Assembly: GCA_905178155.1 (NCBI GenBank)
Contig: CAJINV010000001.1
Location: 6,419,860 to 6,483,859, forward strand
DNA length: 64,000 nt
Source of the DNA: Amoebophrya sp. A120
Taxonomy: Eukaryota > Protista > Dinoflagellata
Direction: 5' to 3'
Shown: one piece after another, positions 54,191 through 64,000 of the stretch
Layout of the letters: the number at the start of each line of letters is the position of its first letter
Numbering within the stretch: the stretch's first letter is position 1
Notes under the pieces: model-generated
What the model was told of the DNA's origin: nothing
Databases searched by the model: none
Seen by the model: only the letters and a program-made list of their open reading frames with translations
Program-made: the position numbers and the translations under genes

Positions 54191-55014
54191 GTAGTCGGTT
54201 TTACTGCTCGACGCGATGCTTTATGTGTGGTGATGTGATGAAAAATTCTGATATATCCACTTCTAGAGATGAATGCCGCTTCTGGCATCTCGACATACTA
54301 GCCGTGCTGAAGTATGCAGCAGTAACTGGTTTCAGTGTCGAATATGTGTGCAGATCGAGATCCTCGCTTTGTTGAAAGAACAAACACCTTTCAATTCATT
54401 TTTTTGTACGGACGGCCCGCGCGTCGGCGTGGGCGTCGATTGCCGGCCTCCATAATTTGCTGAACTGAGATTCTTTTCCAAGTTTCACCGCGCGAATCAA
54501 GTTTTCCATTTTCGCCCTTTCGCAGTCGCAGATCGATTCTGTCACGCCGACGCATTTGCAGAAAAAGGAGAAACGCATGCTCCACAAAGGTATCGTCGAA
54601 ATCGTATAATTTCGAGGTGCATCATTGTCGATGTTCGGATACTGTTCGAAGAATTTGAATTTCACGAGAGTTGTAAAGTGGAGAGGAGGAAGGCGAGCGT
54701 TTGGCACGCCCGCCTATGTGGCGAGGCATTTCCTTAACGTAACCTGCGCGTGGAGGGAAGGAAATAAGGTGTACGACCCGTAGTTCTACGTTGCTCTCGT
54801 TTCCATTTGTTGATCCGCCTTTATTCTTTACCAGCTGCTGTTTTTAGAAGTTTTGCGCCAGCGTATTGTGCCAGCAAAAGGTGACTGGACTTGTTGTGCC
54901 TACCTTCCCTCTGAGTTATCGTCCGACGATGTTTCAGCCGACGTGCTAGAAGAACAATTGTTGCTACCTTTATTCTGTTCCGTTGCTACGTCTACCACGC
55001 AAGTGCAACACGAC

Positions 55015-58000
55015 ATGGCTTCGAGACCGAGCACGATGTCACCTCCCGGCAAGCCGGGCGACCGCCCGACTTCTTCCTCGTCTCTACCGCCGGCAGAGGA
55101 CGAACCCGCACCGCTGTCCAACTTTGCGCAATGGGTGCAGCGTGTCATTCTCGCGCTCGGGGTAACCGTTGGTGAAAAGGAGTTGCAGTTGGCCGGCATG
55201 GTGGAAGAAGCGACCACAGATACGGTTTTTGGATCGCTTTCCCTCGTTTTCATGATTCTGCAGCAAAACATTACAGCCTGGACAGACGTTAGAAAAGAGG
55301 CGGGTGATTTTAAAGTGATTTTATAGAGAGGGGGCGCGTTAGGTCTTTGATTTTCCAAGCTCGCCGGCCTTGCCTGCACTAGGCGCGTGGTGGGTATTTG
55401 CCTGAGTAGGCTAAGGAATTGCGGCGGGCACTGCATTGTGTCGGCGCTGTTTGTCCGGTGGATTTCGAAAAAAAACACGTCGCAAAAACATCGCGAGCAA
55501 CACGAAAAGAACGCGCTTTCAACACCACTGCGCTTTTCTTCTTTCGCTTATGAATTTGCTTCGTCGTTTTTGTGCGTGGATGTTGCAAAAGGCCAGCCAA
55601 AAAAAAACACCGAGCGCCATCGTGAATAATTTTAAACCGCATGCTACGGCGTCATCTTAAAAAAGCCGCTGTTTTGCGGGTCCAAAAAGTTGCACAAAAG
55701 TTGCTGGTGACTTTACAACAAAAAAAGATGCTTTGGCTCTCCATTTTGGAGCCAAAATATCGACCATAGCGTGCGGGTTGCCGGGACGCAGCCCGTAAAG
55801 TCACCGCAAAGTCACCCTAAAGTCACCGCTAAAGTCACCAACATCCGGACGGCAAAAATTCCAAACCCAATCCGCATTGCAAATTGCCGACTTGGCCGAG
55901 TAGAATTCGCATCGAAAAAGTGCCAATCTCGGTGGTAGTAGGGACATCGGCAAGACTTAGCGGCGTCAGTTTTGGTCTCGTGTGCCGAAAAAAGCAGCGC
56001 AAAAATTGAGAGCGCTCGCCGCGTTGCAAATTGCGCATTTTGCCTTCAGAATTTTTAAAAATTATGCCTCAAATGCCGATGGTATGGTGCTTGTTTTTTG
56101 GCCCTCCTTTGTCTCCTCTTGTTGGTATCTTCTCCTTTGCTCTCAGGGACAAAAGTAGAGAAATCTTCTGAAGGCCATGAGGCGTCTTTTTTTCGGCACC
56201 ATGCTTGAGAGTATAGCCCTAAAATCACTGGAAAATCACCTATAGAGAGTCTAACGGGTGTCCAAGCTCTAAGCAAAACAGCGACACGCGCGGCAGTCTC
56301 TGTCTGTACTACCTGGAAAATGTCCTGTACGCGCACCCAAATGCGTTGGCTTTATACTTCACGCCCGACATGGTCCCTATTCTGTTTTCCACCAGTGGCG
56401 ACGGCGGTGGAGATGACCTGCGTGCAGGGGTGCTACTCTGGCGGCTGCTGAAGTACAAGTACGAGTCCTCCGGGCAGACCTACCCGTGCGAATTGGAGGC
56501 GTACAAGCTTCTGCGCATTTTGGAAAAGAGGAACAGCACGAAAGTGGTTCGAAAATTTTCGCCCTCCTGCATCCGGTACATTCTGGTGAAAATTTGGGCC
56601 GACATTGAGCCATCCCGGCGCGTCGTGGAAAAATTATCGGACCGCCAGCGGCGGGAAGACGAGATGAATGGGAAGTTCAATAGCCCGGTAAACACCAAAT
56701 CTAAGCCTCAGCTCGCTGACGACCACCCGGCGGACGACTTGTCGTTCGTGAGGCCAAAGAAACAAAACACGACGGCGGTCACGAACCCCACGACCGTCAT
56801 GCTGGACGTCTGCATGCACTGGTTGGCGGAGACGGAGGAGCCGCCGGAGAGCAAAGCGCCGCTGCTGGAGCTGCTTCGATCGGTCGTCAAGGGCCAGAGC
56901 GCGGTGGAAATGACGTCCCAGCTCCTGACCCGGTTCTTCGCGCTGCTTTCCTCAACCGCGGTCACGGGGTCTTTGTCGGACGACCTGCAGTTTTCGCTCG
57001 CATTGGTCGACTGGGCGGAGATCGGGGCGATTTTACCCGCTCTGTTGCAGCCGTTTGGGGAGGACAAACTGGTCGCGATTTGGACGTTCCTCTGCACCAT
57101 GCACCCCGTGAAACTCCCCGAGCCACTGCAGATCAACCCGTCCTGGCACTTCTTCAAGGCGGAACAGCCATTAATTCGCTTCCAGAAGCTGCTCGCGCAG
57201 CACTTCTTCCAGCGGAGCTACCGTTTAGGTGGGTCAGCCTTGGCGGTGCTGCTGTCGTTAGCCACGACGGAACAAACCGGTGTCGTCGCCGTGCGTTTGT
57301 TGGACGAGCTTGGCGTCGCAGGAAACTACGAAACGTTTCTCCGGGCGTTGCGCGAGAAAGCGGCAATCCATTTGGAGGTTTTGGATGACGACGACGAGGA
57401 GGAGAAGGAGGAAGGGGGAAATTTTTATGCAGGTGGCTCGTCCATGTTTAAGAAAGGACCCGCCGCACTGATCCAGCAGATTGACGTCGCCTTGGGTGAA
57501 GAACAACCAGCACCGCCAGCAGCAAACACATCAAGCTTTAGACCGCGAAGCGAAAGCGAGCTGAATTTGCTCGGGCGAAAAATTCATCCATCCGATATAA
57601 TCGCCGGTGGGGGCGCCGCAACATCATCTTCAGCCGTTTTTGGAAATCATGAGCACCGGCCAAACAAGCTTTCGGCACTTTTCAGCGAGTGCTTTCAGTC
57701 CGTGCCGAACGCGGCGAGAAACACGTTCTTGCTGCAGAAACAGAATCAACACCTGCTCGCCGAAAAGCTGCGGTCTGCGAACCAGAACAAACTGAAGCAG
57801 TTGAACCAGCACGCGGTCGACCGCGGCACGCTGGAATTGAACGAGCTTTTTCGGGAAAATCTAGCGTTGACGCAGCAGATTTCCTGGAAACAGATGGAGA
57901 TCGCAAATGAAAACTTGAAGTCTTGGGAGAAACTGCAGAAGGGCATCGAGGAGGAGGAGAGGCAGAACGCCGCCTCGCCGAAAAAGCGGAAGCCCGCACC

Positions 58001-59108
58001 TCTGCCCGCCCAGTACCGCTTCATTTCGCCCGCCGAGGCCGGGCCGCAGATTCGGATGGGGCTGCCAGACGATTCCGCGAGCGTGCAGTTTGGGCAGTCA
58101 CGGTCGGGGATACGGAACAGCAACAATACCTGCTTTGTGAATACGGTTTTGCAAGCGTTATTCCACACCGACGCGTTCGTCTCGACCTTGTTTCGTTTCC
58201 GGCTCCGTCAGCCGGACCGGTCCGTCGACGAGGCGCAGTACCAGCTCGGGGCAGAACTCCTGCGGCAGTTGCAATTTTTGTTCGGCATGTTGCTGATCAC
58301 GGCGAGGCCGCACGTCGACATCGAGAGCCTGCTCAGCGTTTTACCCTCCGTCGAGTTTCCCAAGGGAGAGCAGCAGGACGCGGGCGAATTTCTGCGGTTC
58401 CTGTTCGACAAGCTCGGCGGGTTTCAGCAGGGCCTGATCCGGCAAAGTTTCGCGGGGGAGTTGAGCGAAGTCACGAAGTGCGCGGACTGCGGCTACGAGA
58501 AACGACGCCCGGAAACCTTCACGGAGATCATTCTGCCGGTGCCGGACGTTCCGGGGAAGAGCGTCCAGCAATTACTCGGGGAAAAGTTAGACCGAAAGCG
58601 GATGCAGGACGCGCTCACCTGCAGCCAGTGCGGCAGCAAAAACTGCCCTGAGACGTGGAGCGAGATCCGCAGCCCGCCCCGGCAACTGGTGATCGCCTTG
58701 ATCCGCTTCGATTTCCGCATGGACCAGGGGGGCTTGGTGAAACTGAAGACGCCGGTGCAGATCTCGCAGACGCTGCAATTGGGCCAGTTTGCGTACGAGT
58801 TTTACTTCAGTATCCAGCACTGCGGCGCCACCGCGGACTCGGGACACTACACGGCGTTTGGGAAGCGCAGCGACGTCAGCGCGAATGCCGGAGGTGGGAC
58901 GACCTACTGGAAATTCGACGATTCGCAAGTGAAACCCTCGTCCTGGGCGGAGCTCCAACAGATGGCGTCAGGGTCTTCGGACGACACGCCTTACTTGCTG
59001 TTTTACCGCTGCGCGTCCGCACCCGTGGAACCGGACCCCTTGCTGCCGGCAATGTACCTTGACATGTTGCAACAGGAAGACAGAAGGCAGATTCAAATGA
59101 CCAGCTGA
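55015..59108 (+). CDS. Ubiquitin-specific protease (peptidase C19); exons 55015-55270 and 56281-59108
   Basis: Cys box GIRNSNNTCFVNTVLQAL, EQQDAGEFL, His box HCGATADSGHY, WKFDDSQV; removing the 1-kb element joins ILQQN-SDTRGSL in frame. Confidence 0.9.
55271..56272. mobile_element. 1,002-bp non-autonomous TIR element with 8-bp TSD GCAAAACA (hAT-like), apparently acting as an intron in the USP gene
   Basis: Left TTACAGCCTGGACAGACGTTAGA...GGTGATTTTAAAGTGATTTTA vs right revcomp TTAGAGCTTGGACACCCGTTAGA...GGTGATTTTCCAGTGATTTTA; TSD at 55263-55270 and 56273-56280; internal AAAGTCACC x4 at ~55797-55840. Confidence 0.85.
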
Positions 59109-59261
59109 TTGTGGAAGTGCGAAGGCAAACTCGTTGTGCTACGAGTTTGGCCTCTGAAGGAATATCAATATGAATATTTCAATCGATAAGTTGTACAGCG
59201 CTATAATAAAATATGTTGACAGTTCCAGGTTGACAGTCGCTGGAACATGACGAAAACCTTA

Positions 59262-59519
59262 GAGCGAGGTAACAAATGTGCCGTTAACTCGCGCCCGCGA
59301 GTTAAGCCTCCGGCCGGCCGGCCGGGCGGTTAGCTCGCAGTTTGAGCCGGTCTCAACTTCTTAACCGACCCAATTCTCTCGGTTTGAGACCGAAGACTCT
59401 GAACCGGTCTCAACTTCTCTCGGTTTGAGACCGGCTCAAACCGCGAGCTAACCGCCCGGCCGGCCGGCCGGAGGCTTAACTCGCGGGCGCGAGTTAACGG
59501 CACATTTGTTACCTCACTC
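59262..59519. mobile_element. MITE, PIF/Harbinger (Tourist)-like, ~95-bp near-perfect TIRs, TTA TSD
   Basis: GAGCGAGGTAACAAATGTGCCGTTAACTCGCGCCC... mirrored at the right end; TTA at 59259-59261 and 59520-59522. Confidence 0.88.
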
Positions 59520-60319
59520 TTACAATAAAGGGCATTTCAATTCAAGTATGCGGGCCTCGCGATTGCAAGGCAGCGTGGTGACCCTGAGCGTCGATAGTGT
59601 TTTCTCAAAGACATTCGTGTCAAAGCACGCCGCTTTCTTCACAATGTAACTAAACGCGTAAGTACGAAAGTTCTTTCTCTTTGAAAAAAGTCTTTTTTAG
59701 TCTTTTTCTCGGTGACGGTGTTTCTCAGCTGCACAAAAGATCGAGACCATCGGTATTCCCGCAGAACAGTTCGTGAAAGTCAAAGCTTTTCGTCCCCCCG
59801 TCTGCGGTACGAGCGACGGTAAATCAGTTATCGCTCAGCGCTCCATTGCTGTCGGTCCTCCACTACTCGTTTCTATTCGGTTTTCTGTACGCTTCGACAA
59901 GATGTCAAAAATCGGCTGTATTTACGCGTCACTGAAATCGGAATGTACTAGATGAAGATGATTAGGAATAACAGGTGCAGGTCGGTTAGCATGGACTTGG
60001 ACATGACTTTCGGTTAATACGTTTCGCATACTTGTTGTTCATTCTGCGTGTGCTCCGGACCCGGAAGATGATATTGATAGTGATACAACGCATAACATTA
60101 ACAACTGCCATCCGTCCTCCACAACCACTCAGGATTCTTTCATTTTTTGTAGTCCTCCGTCTTAATCATTCGCAACATACGTTTATTTTTGCAAGTTTCT
60201 TTTTTCAATTGAATTTCAAGCAACTCCGCACCGAACTCCAAGACCAAGTCGAATTCATTTCACACATTATTACTTTCCTTCTGACTCGTTAAAATTTCGC
60301 GGCTTCGGATTCTTTTTGC

Positions 60320-63300
60320 ATGGGGGGCACAGCCTCTTCCCCGGCTGACCAGCCGCGTTTGAAGAGTTCTACTGGCACGAAGAATCAGCACCCGGGCTAT
60401 TCTGGCCTGGAAGCGGTCTCCGGCGACTACAGCGAGGAGTTTCTCAAGCGACCCAAGGGGAGAAACGAGCAACTCTTCACAAAGTCGATTTCTTCATTTG
60501 CGCAAGAGGAAAGGTACGACCCAAACATCGGCGCCGGGAAAGTCGCCAGCTTTCAGGACGAACGAAACCCGGCATCCGACAACCTCGACGCCTTTCCGTA
60601 CGAGCCGGAGGAGCGTTTTGACTCGGAGTACGAGGCTTCACAGTTTCTAGCGCCCGCGTCGTGGTCGTACAGCACCAAGCAACAAAGCACAAAGGGAGGA
60701 CAGAGTCAGCGATCCGGCAGCGCACCGGCCTCGGGGCGCCAGGCCGCTGCAACAGGGTTCGTGCCCTCTGCTCCACGGCAGCCCTCGGAGCGCACGCGGT
60801 CTAAAGGAACCACTCTCGCTTCATCCGCTTCGCAGCCACCTGTTTCTTCGCAGCAGCAGAGCAGCACGCGCAGTGGCATTCCTAGTGGAACTACAGAGCA
60901 GCCAGCGTCGACTTCTTTCTCACACAGTGTTGGGATAGCTGCAGTACCAGTTGTTGTATCTGTTCCTTTCCAGCAGCCTCTAGGTGGATCTGTACATCAG
61001 CAGCAACCACTAGCGAGTGGAAAGCCAGCCGCGGCTCCGGCGTCCTTCCGGAGCCGTTCTAGCGAAGTTAAGCGCGTCGAGCAGGCTTCATCTTACACCT
61101 CCGAACAGAAGAACGCGAAACTCTCGGTGACTGAGAGCAGTGAGAAGGCCGGCACTCCTGCTCCAAGAAGTCGATCGAGCGGGACCACAAGCTCAACACC
61201 AGCACCGGCGATTGTTCCATCCGCGCAGCCGCAGCGGTCTGTCGTCCAAGTAGCAGGAGAGCCAGCAGGCCCGTCCAGCGCGAAGCCCGCTGCTCCGGCG
61301 TCGTTTCGCACGAGTTTGATTGCAGGGGGAGGTACTAGTACTACCGCGGCACAGGTGGAGCAACAGGACAACAAGATGAATTCCGACGGGGCATTCCTCA
61401 CCGACGAGGACGCGTATGCTAGGATGCTAAATGCGCGTCAGTCGAATCCGGATGCGCCCCAGTCTCTCGTCCGCGCTCCGTCCGCCCGAAGCCGGGGTAG
61501 CAAAAGCAAAACATCCGTCGGAATGAACAACGTCGGCTTCGCCCAAGATCAGTTGAGCATGTCCCAAATGGAAGCTTTTAATGAAGAAGACGCGTACGCA
61601 CTGATGTTGAATTCCCGCCAGTCTGATCCCGGTGAGGCTCCGCAGTCCGCTGTCCATAGCGTCCAAAATGTTGGCGCGCCACAGTCAAACGCTGGGCGGG
61701 CAAGCAAAAACAAGGCATCGAAAAAACAAGCAACCATAGCGTCAGAGTTTGCACCACAAGACCCGAGCTCTGCAGGAGCTGTTCCGCCGAGTGCTGCTTT
61801 TCCGTTGTCCAACAAGACGAATAAGCAGTCAGTGTTTTTTTCGGCTAAAAACGAGGCGACGCTATCCATGTGGGCGGACAACCCTCCGTCGCTCAACCAG
61901 CTTGGCCCGGGCGGTCAGGCCGTAGCGCTCACGAGCGAGGAGGTGGATGCGATGATGCAAAGTGCTCGGGAAGAAAACTCGAAAAGCATGTTCTACAGCA
62001 GAGTGCCAGCGCCGGTGTCTATGAAAGGCAAAAATCAGGACCAGCCAGGCAGTGCCGACTACAATGCAGCAGCTGCCGTACCGGTACCAATGAGCAAGAA
62101 TTCAGTCGGGCTCGGCGGACCTGGGTCGGTGACCTCGCAGATCAAGGGTGCCGCCGCAATGCCTTCCTCTGGCGGCTTTCGCGGCGTCAGCACGAAGCCA
62201 ACCAGTCAAGCGCCGACGAGCGGGAAAGGGACAAAGAGCTTGCGAAGCGGCAATAAAATGCCAAACTTGATCCCCGATGACGCCACAAATCTGCAGAATA
62301 TGGGCTTCGACGAGGCCTCCAAGCACGATTCCTTCGACCAGAATTCGTATCTCAGCATGCAGGGAGCTTTTGCGAGGGCAGACTCGAAGCAAAGCAACAA
62401 AGGAGGCAAAAACATGGCCACGAAAGCCGGCCCGTCGAGCACGAAGTCCAACGTTTCCAATCCCGCCTACACTACGCAGAAGCAGACGCGGTTCATGAGC
62501 GACTCCAGTCTGGAATCAGCCCGACTAATCCCCGCAGGAGCCGTATCCCACGGAAAAACTGTCTCAGTCTCAACCTTTTGCAGACTCAGAAAGAACACGT
62601 CTGTCATGCGTCATATAGCAAACAACAGGAACAGAATAGAAAACACATGTAACATCAAAGACTAAGACTCCCTTTCTTGCATGTCCAGGGGGACCACAAA
62701 AAAAACTATCTCAATATCAATTAGGAAATGGCACAGCACATTCTGAGACTCGTGAGACAGCTTTGTCATCTTTCGATAAGTCGCCACTGGAGGGCTGAGC
62801 AGTGGCGGTCCTGGGAGCGTTATCGGGGCTCCGATCATGTCCTCGTACGGCTATCTCGGTATGCCGGTCAACCGTAATTCCAGGGGGATGCCGACGCTCA
62901 CGCCGGGAGGTGGCTATCCCGGGGGCATGATGACGTACAGCTACCAAGGACAGCGAAGGATTGGTGCCCGGGACGACGAGGTGCCGGAGCTGTGCTGTGA
63001 CTGCTGTGCCTTTTTCTGCGAAACCCGGGCAGATAGACGGGAGGTCCGCAGGCTACAGAGGCACGGAACGATGGAATCAGCTTACGTAAACCTCTCTCAG
63101 CTTTCATTTTTGTTTCCCTGTTCTTCTCGTTAGAATCTTATTAGGAAGTAGATTCTTGTTGCCTTTTCGAACTCGAGGTTTGGTTTCACTCACTTGAGAA
63201 GAAGTAGATTAAGGTGTGTGAAGATGCTCCAGACAAGTAGAAGTACGAGCTGAAACATAAATCATAATCATGTGATATTTTTTCTCAAACTCCTGCGACA

Positions 63301-63632
63301 AATCGAAATCACTATCACAGGCCGAGCCGACGAGCGAGCACACGGGTATGTGGCACTCGCAGTTTTTCAACGCACAGGCGGCGGATTTGAAGGAGTTGCG
63401 GCGGCTCGAGGAGTATGGTGTCATGATGTCACGCGTGTACGAGGGCGAGGACTATAACGAATTCAACCGGTACCACAATTCCTGCTACCGGTGCATCCTG
63501 GTGGCTCCCTGGCCAATGATCGTCCAGCTCATTTGTTGTTTCGTGGTCGCTATCGCGGTGCAGATAAGAATGGGACAGATGGGCAAACCAGACTACGGGT
63601 TTTGCGGTTGGGATTTTGCCGAATACAATTGA
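60320..63632 (+). CDS. Low-complexity Ser/Ala/Gln-rich protein with N-terminal MG (possible myristoylation), Cys cluster and C-terminal TM helix; exons 60320-62543, 62784-63085, 63321-63632
   Basis: 781-aa ORF joined in frame to ORFs 62837 and 63348; TM-like ILVAPWPMIVQLICCFVVAIAV. Confidence 0.7.
62544..62778. mobile_element. Degenerate IR introner; TSD AGCCG/AGTCG
   Basis: TATC...AACTGTCTCAGTCTCA vs TGAGACTCGTGAGACAGCT...GATA; removal joins IPAGA-ATGGLSS. Confidence 0.7.
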
Positions 63633-64000
63633 GTGGCTACTACTTCTTGCGCTCCATTGTCATGATCACTTTCGTCCGGAGCCTTCTGATAATTTGGCGA
63701 GTGAAGATTGATCTTCTTGTTGTAAAAAATGCGTCGCGTTTGACTTATTTCGGTGTAACGGTACAAAGCAAAAAATGTCGAGTACTTGCTCGTCATATTG
63801 TACAATCACGACATCAGTTTGAGACTGCCTAGGATTCATTATTTTCCAATAGATTTATAGCTGAGTGAGTTTTCCATTTGTGGTTTTTTTCTTACAGTAG
63901 AAGCAGATCCCCGCTGATCTTTTCATGCTTGTTGTTTTCGTTCATTACACATTTATTTCCATTTGCAACGCTGACTCAGGAGAAAGCGCACAGCTGTGCC

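Noticed and set aside
55731-55757. CCATTTTGG resembling the dinoflagellate spliced leader
   Set aside because: Only a 9-nt match; it is part of a local hairpin (TTTGGCTC...GAGCCAAA) inside a TIR element
55797-55840. AAAGTCACC repeats as a CRISPR-like array
   Set aside because: 9-bp units with 2-3-nt spacers, no cas genes, eukaryotic context
12702-62783. Every introner TSD contains a G, allowing a G-initial or G-terminal intron register
   Set aside because: Likely by chance for 5-mers at this base composition; sample too small

Overview
Eukaryotic, gene-dense window in which every supportable gene lies on the + strand. Many introns are non-canonical, being inverted-repeat elements with target-site duplications (TSDs). 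By inference this resembles the parasitic dinoflagellate Amoebophrya (Syndiniales). Host genes: malic enzyme, RBX1, a type-I membrane protein, a class-3 lipase, a ~3,960-aa VPS13-family protein with a C-terminal DysF-like domain, a SHIPPO/ODF3-repeat protein, a signal-peptide-bearing protein kinase, an SDR, a USP deubiquitinase and a low-complexity membrane protein. Main discovery: a 16,051-bp hAT-type DNA transposon (33304-49354) with ~88-bp TIRs and a perfect 8-bp TSD (CAATTTGA). It encodes a ~1,835-aa DDE transposase plus two intron-containing cargo genes, one with a ParB/Srx-like N-terminus, and it sits inside an intron that splits the kinase domain. Eight small TAT...ATA elements with 5-bp TSDs and one 1-kb element with an 8-bp TSD interrupt coding exons, and each must be removed precisely for the reading frame to continue. 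A Harbinger/Tourist-like MITE lies at 59262-59519. All gene models were deduced by hand from reading frames and motifs; no searches were run.
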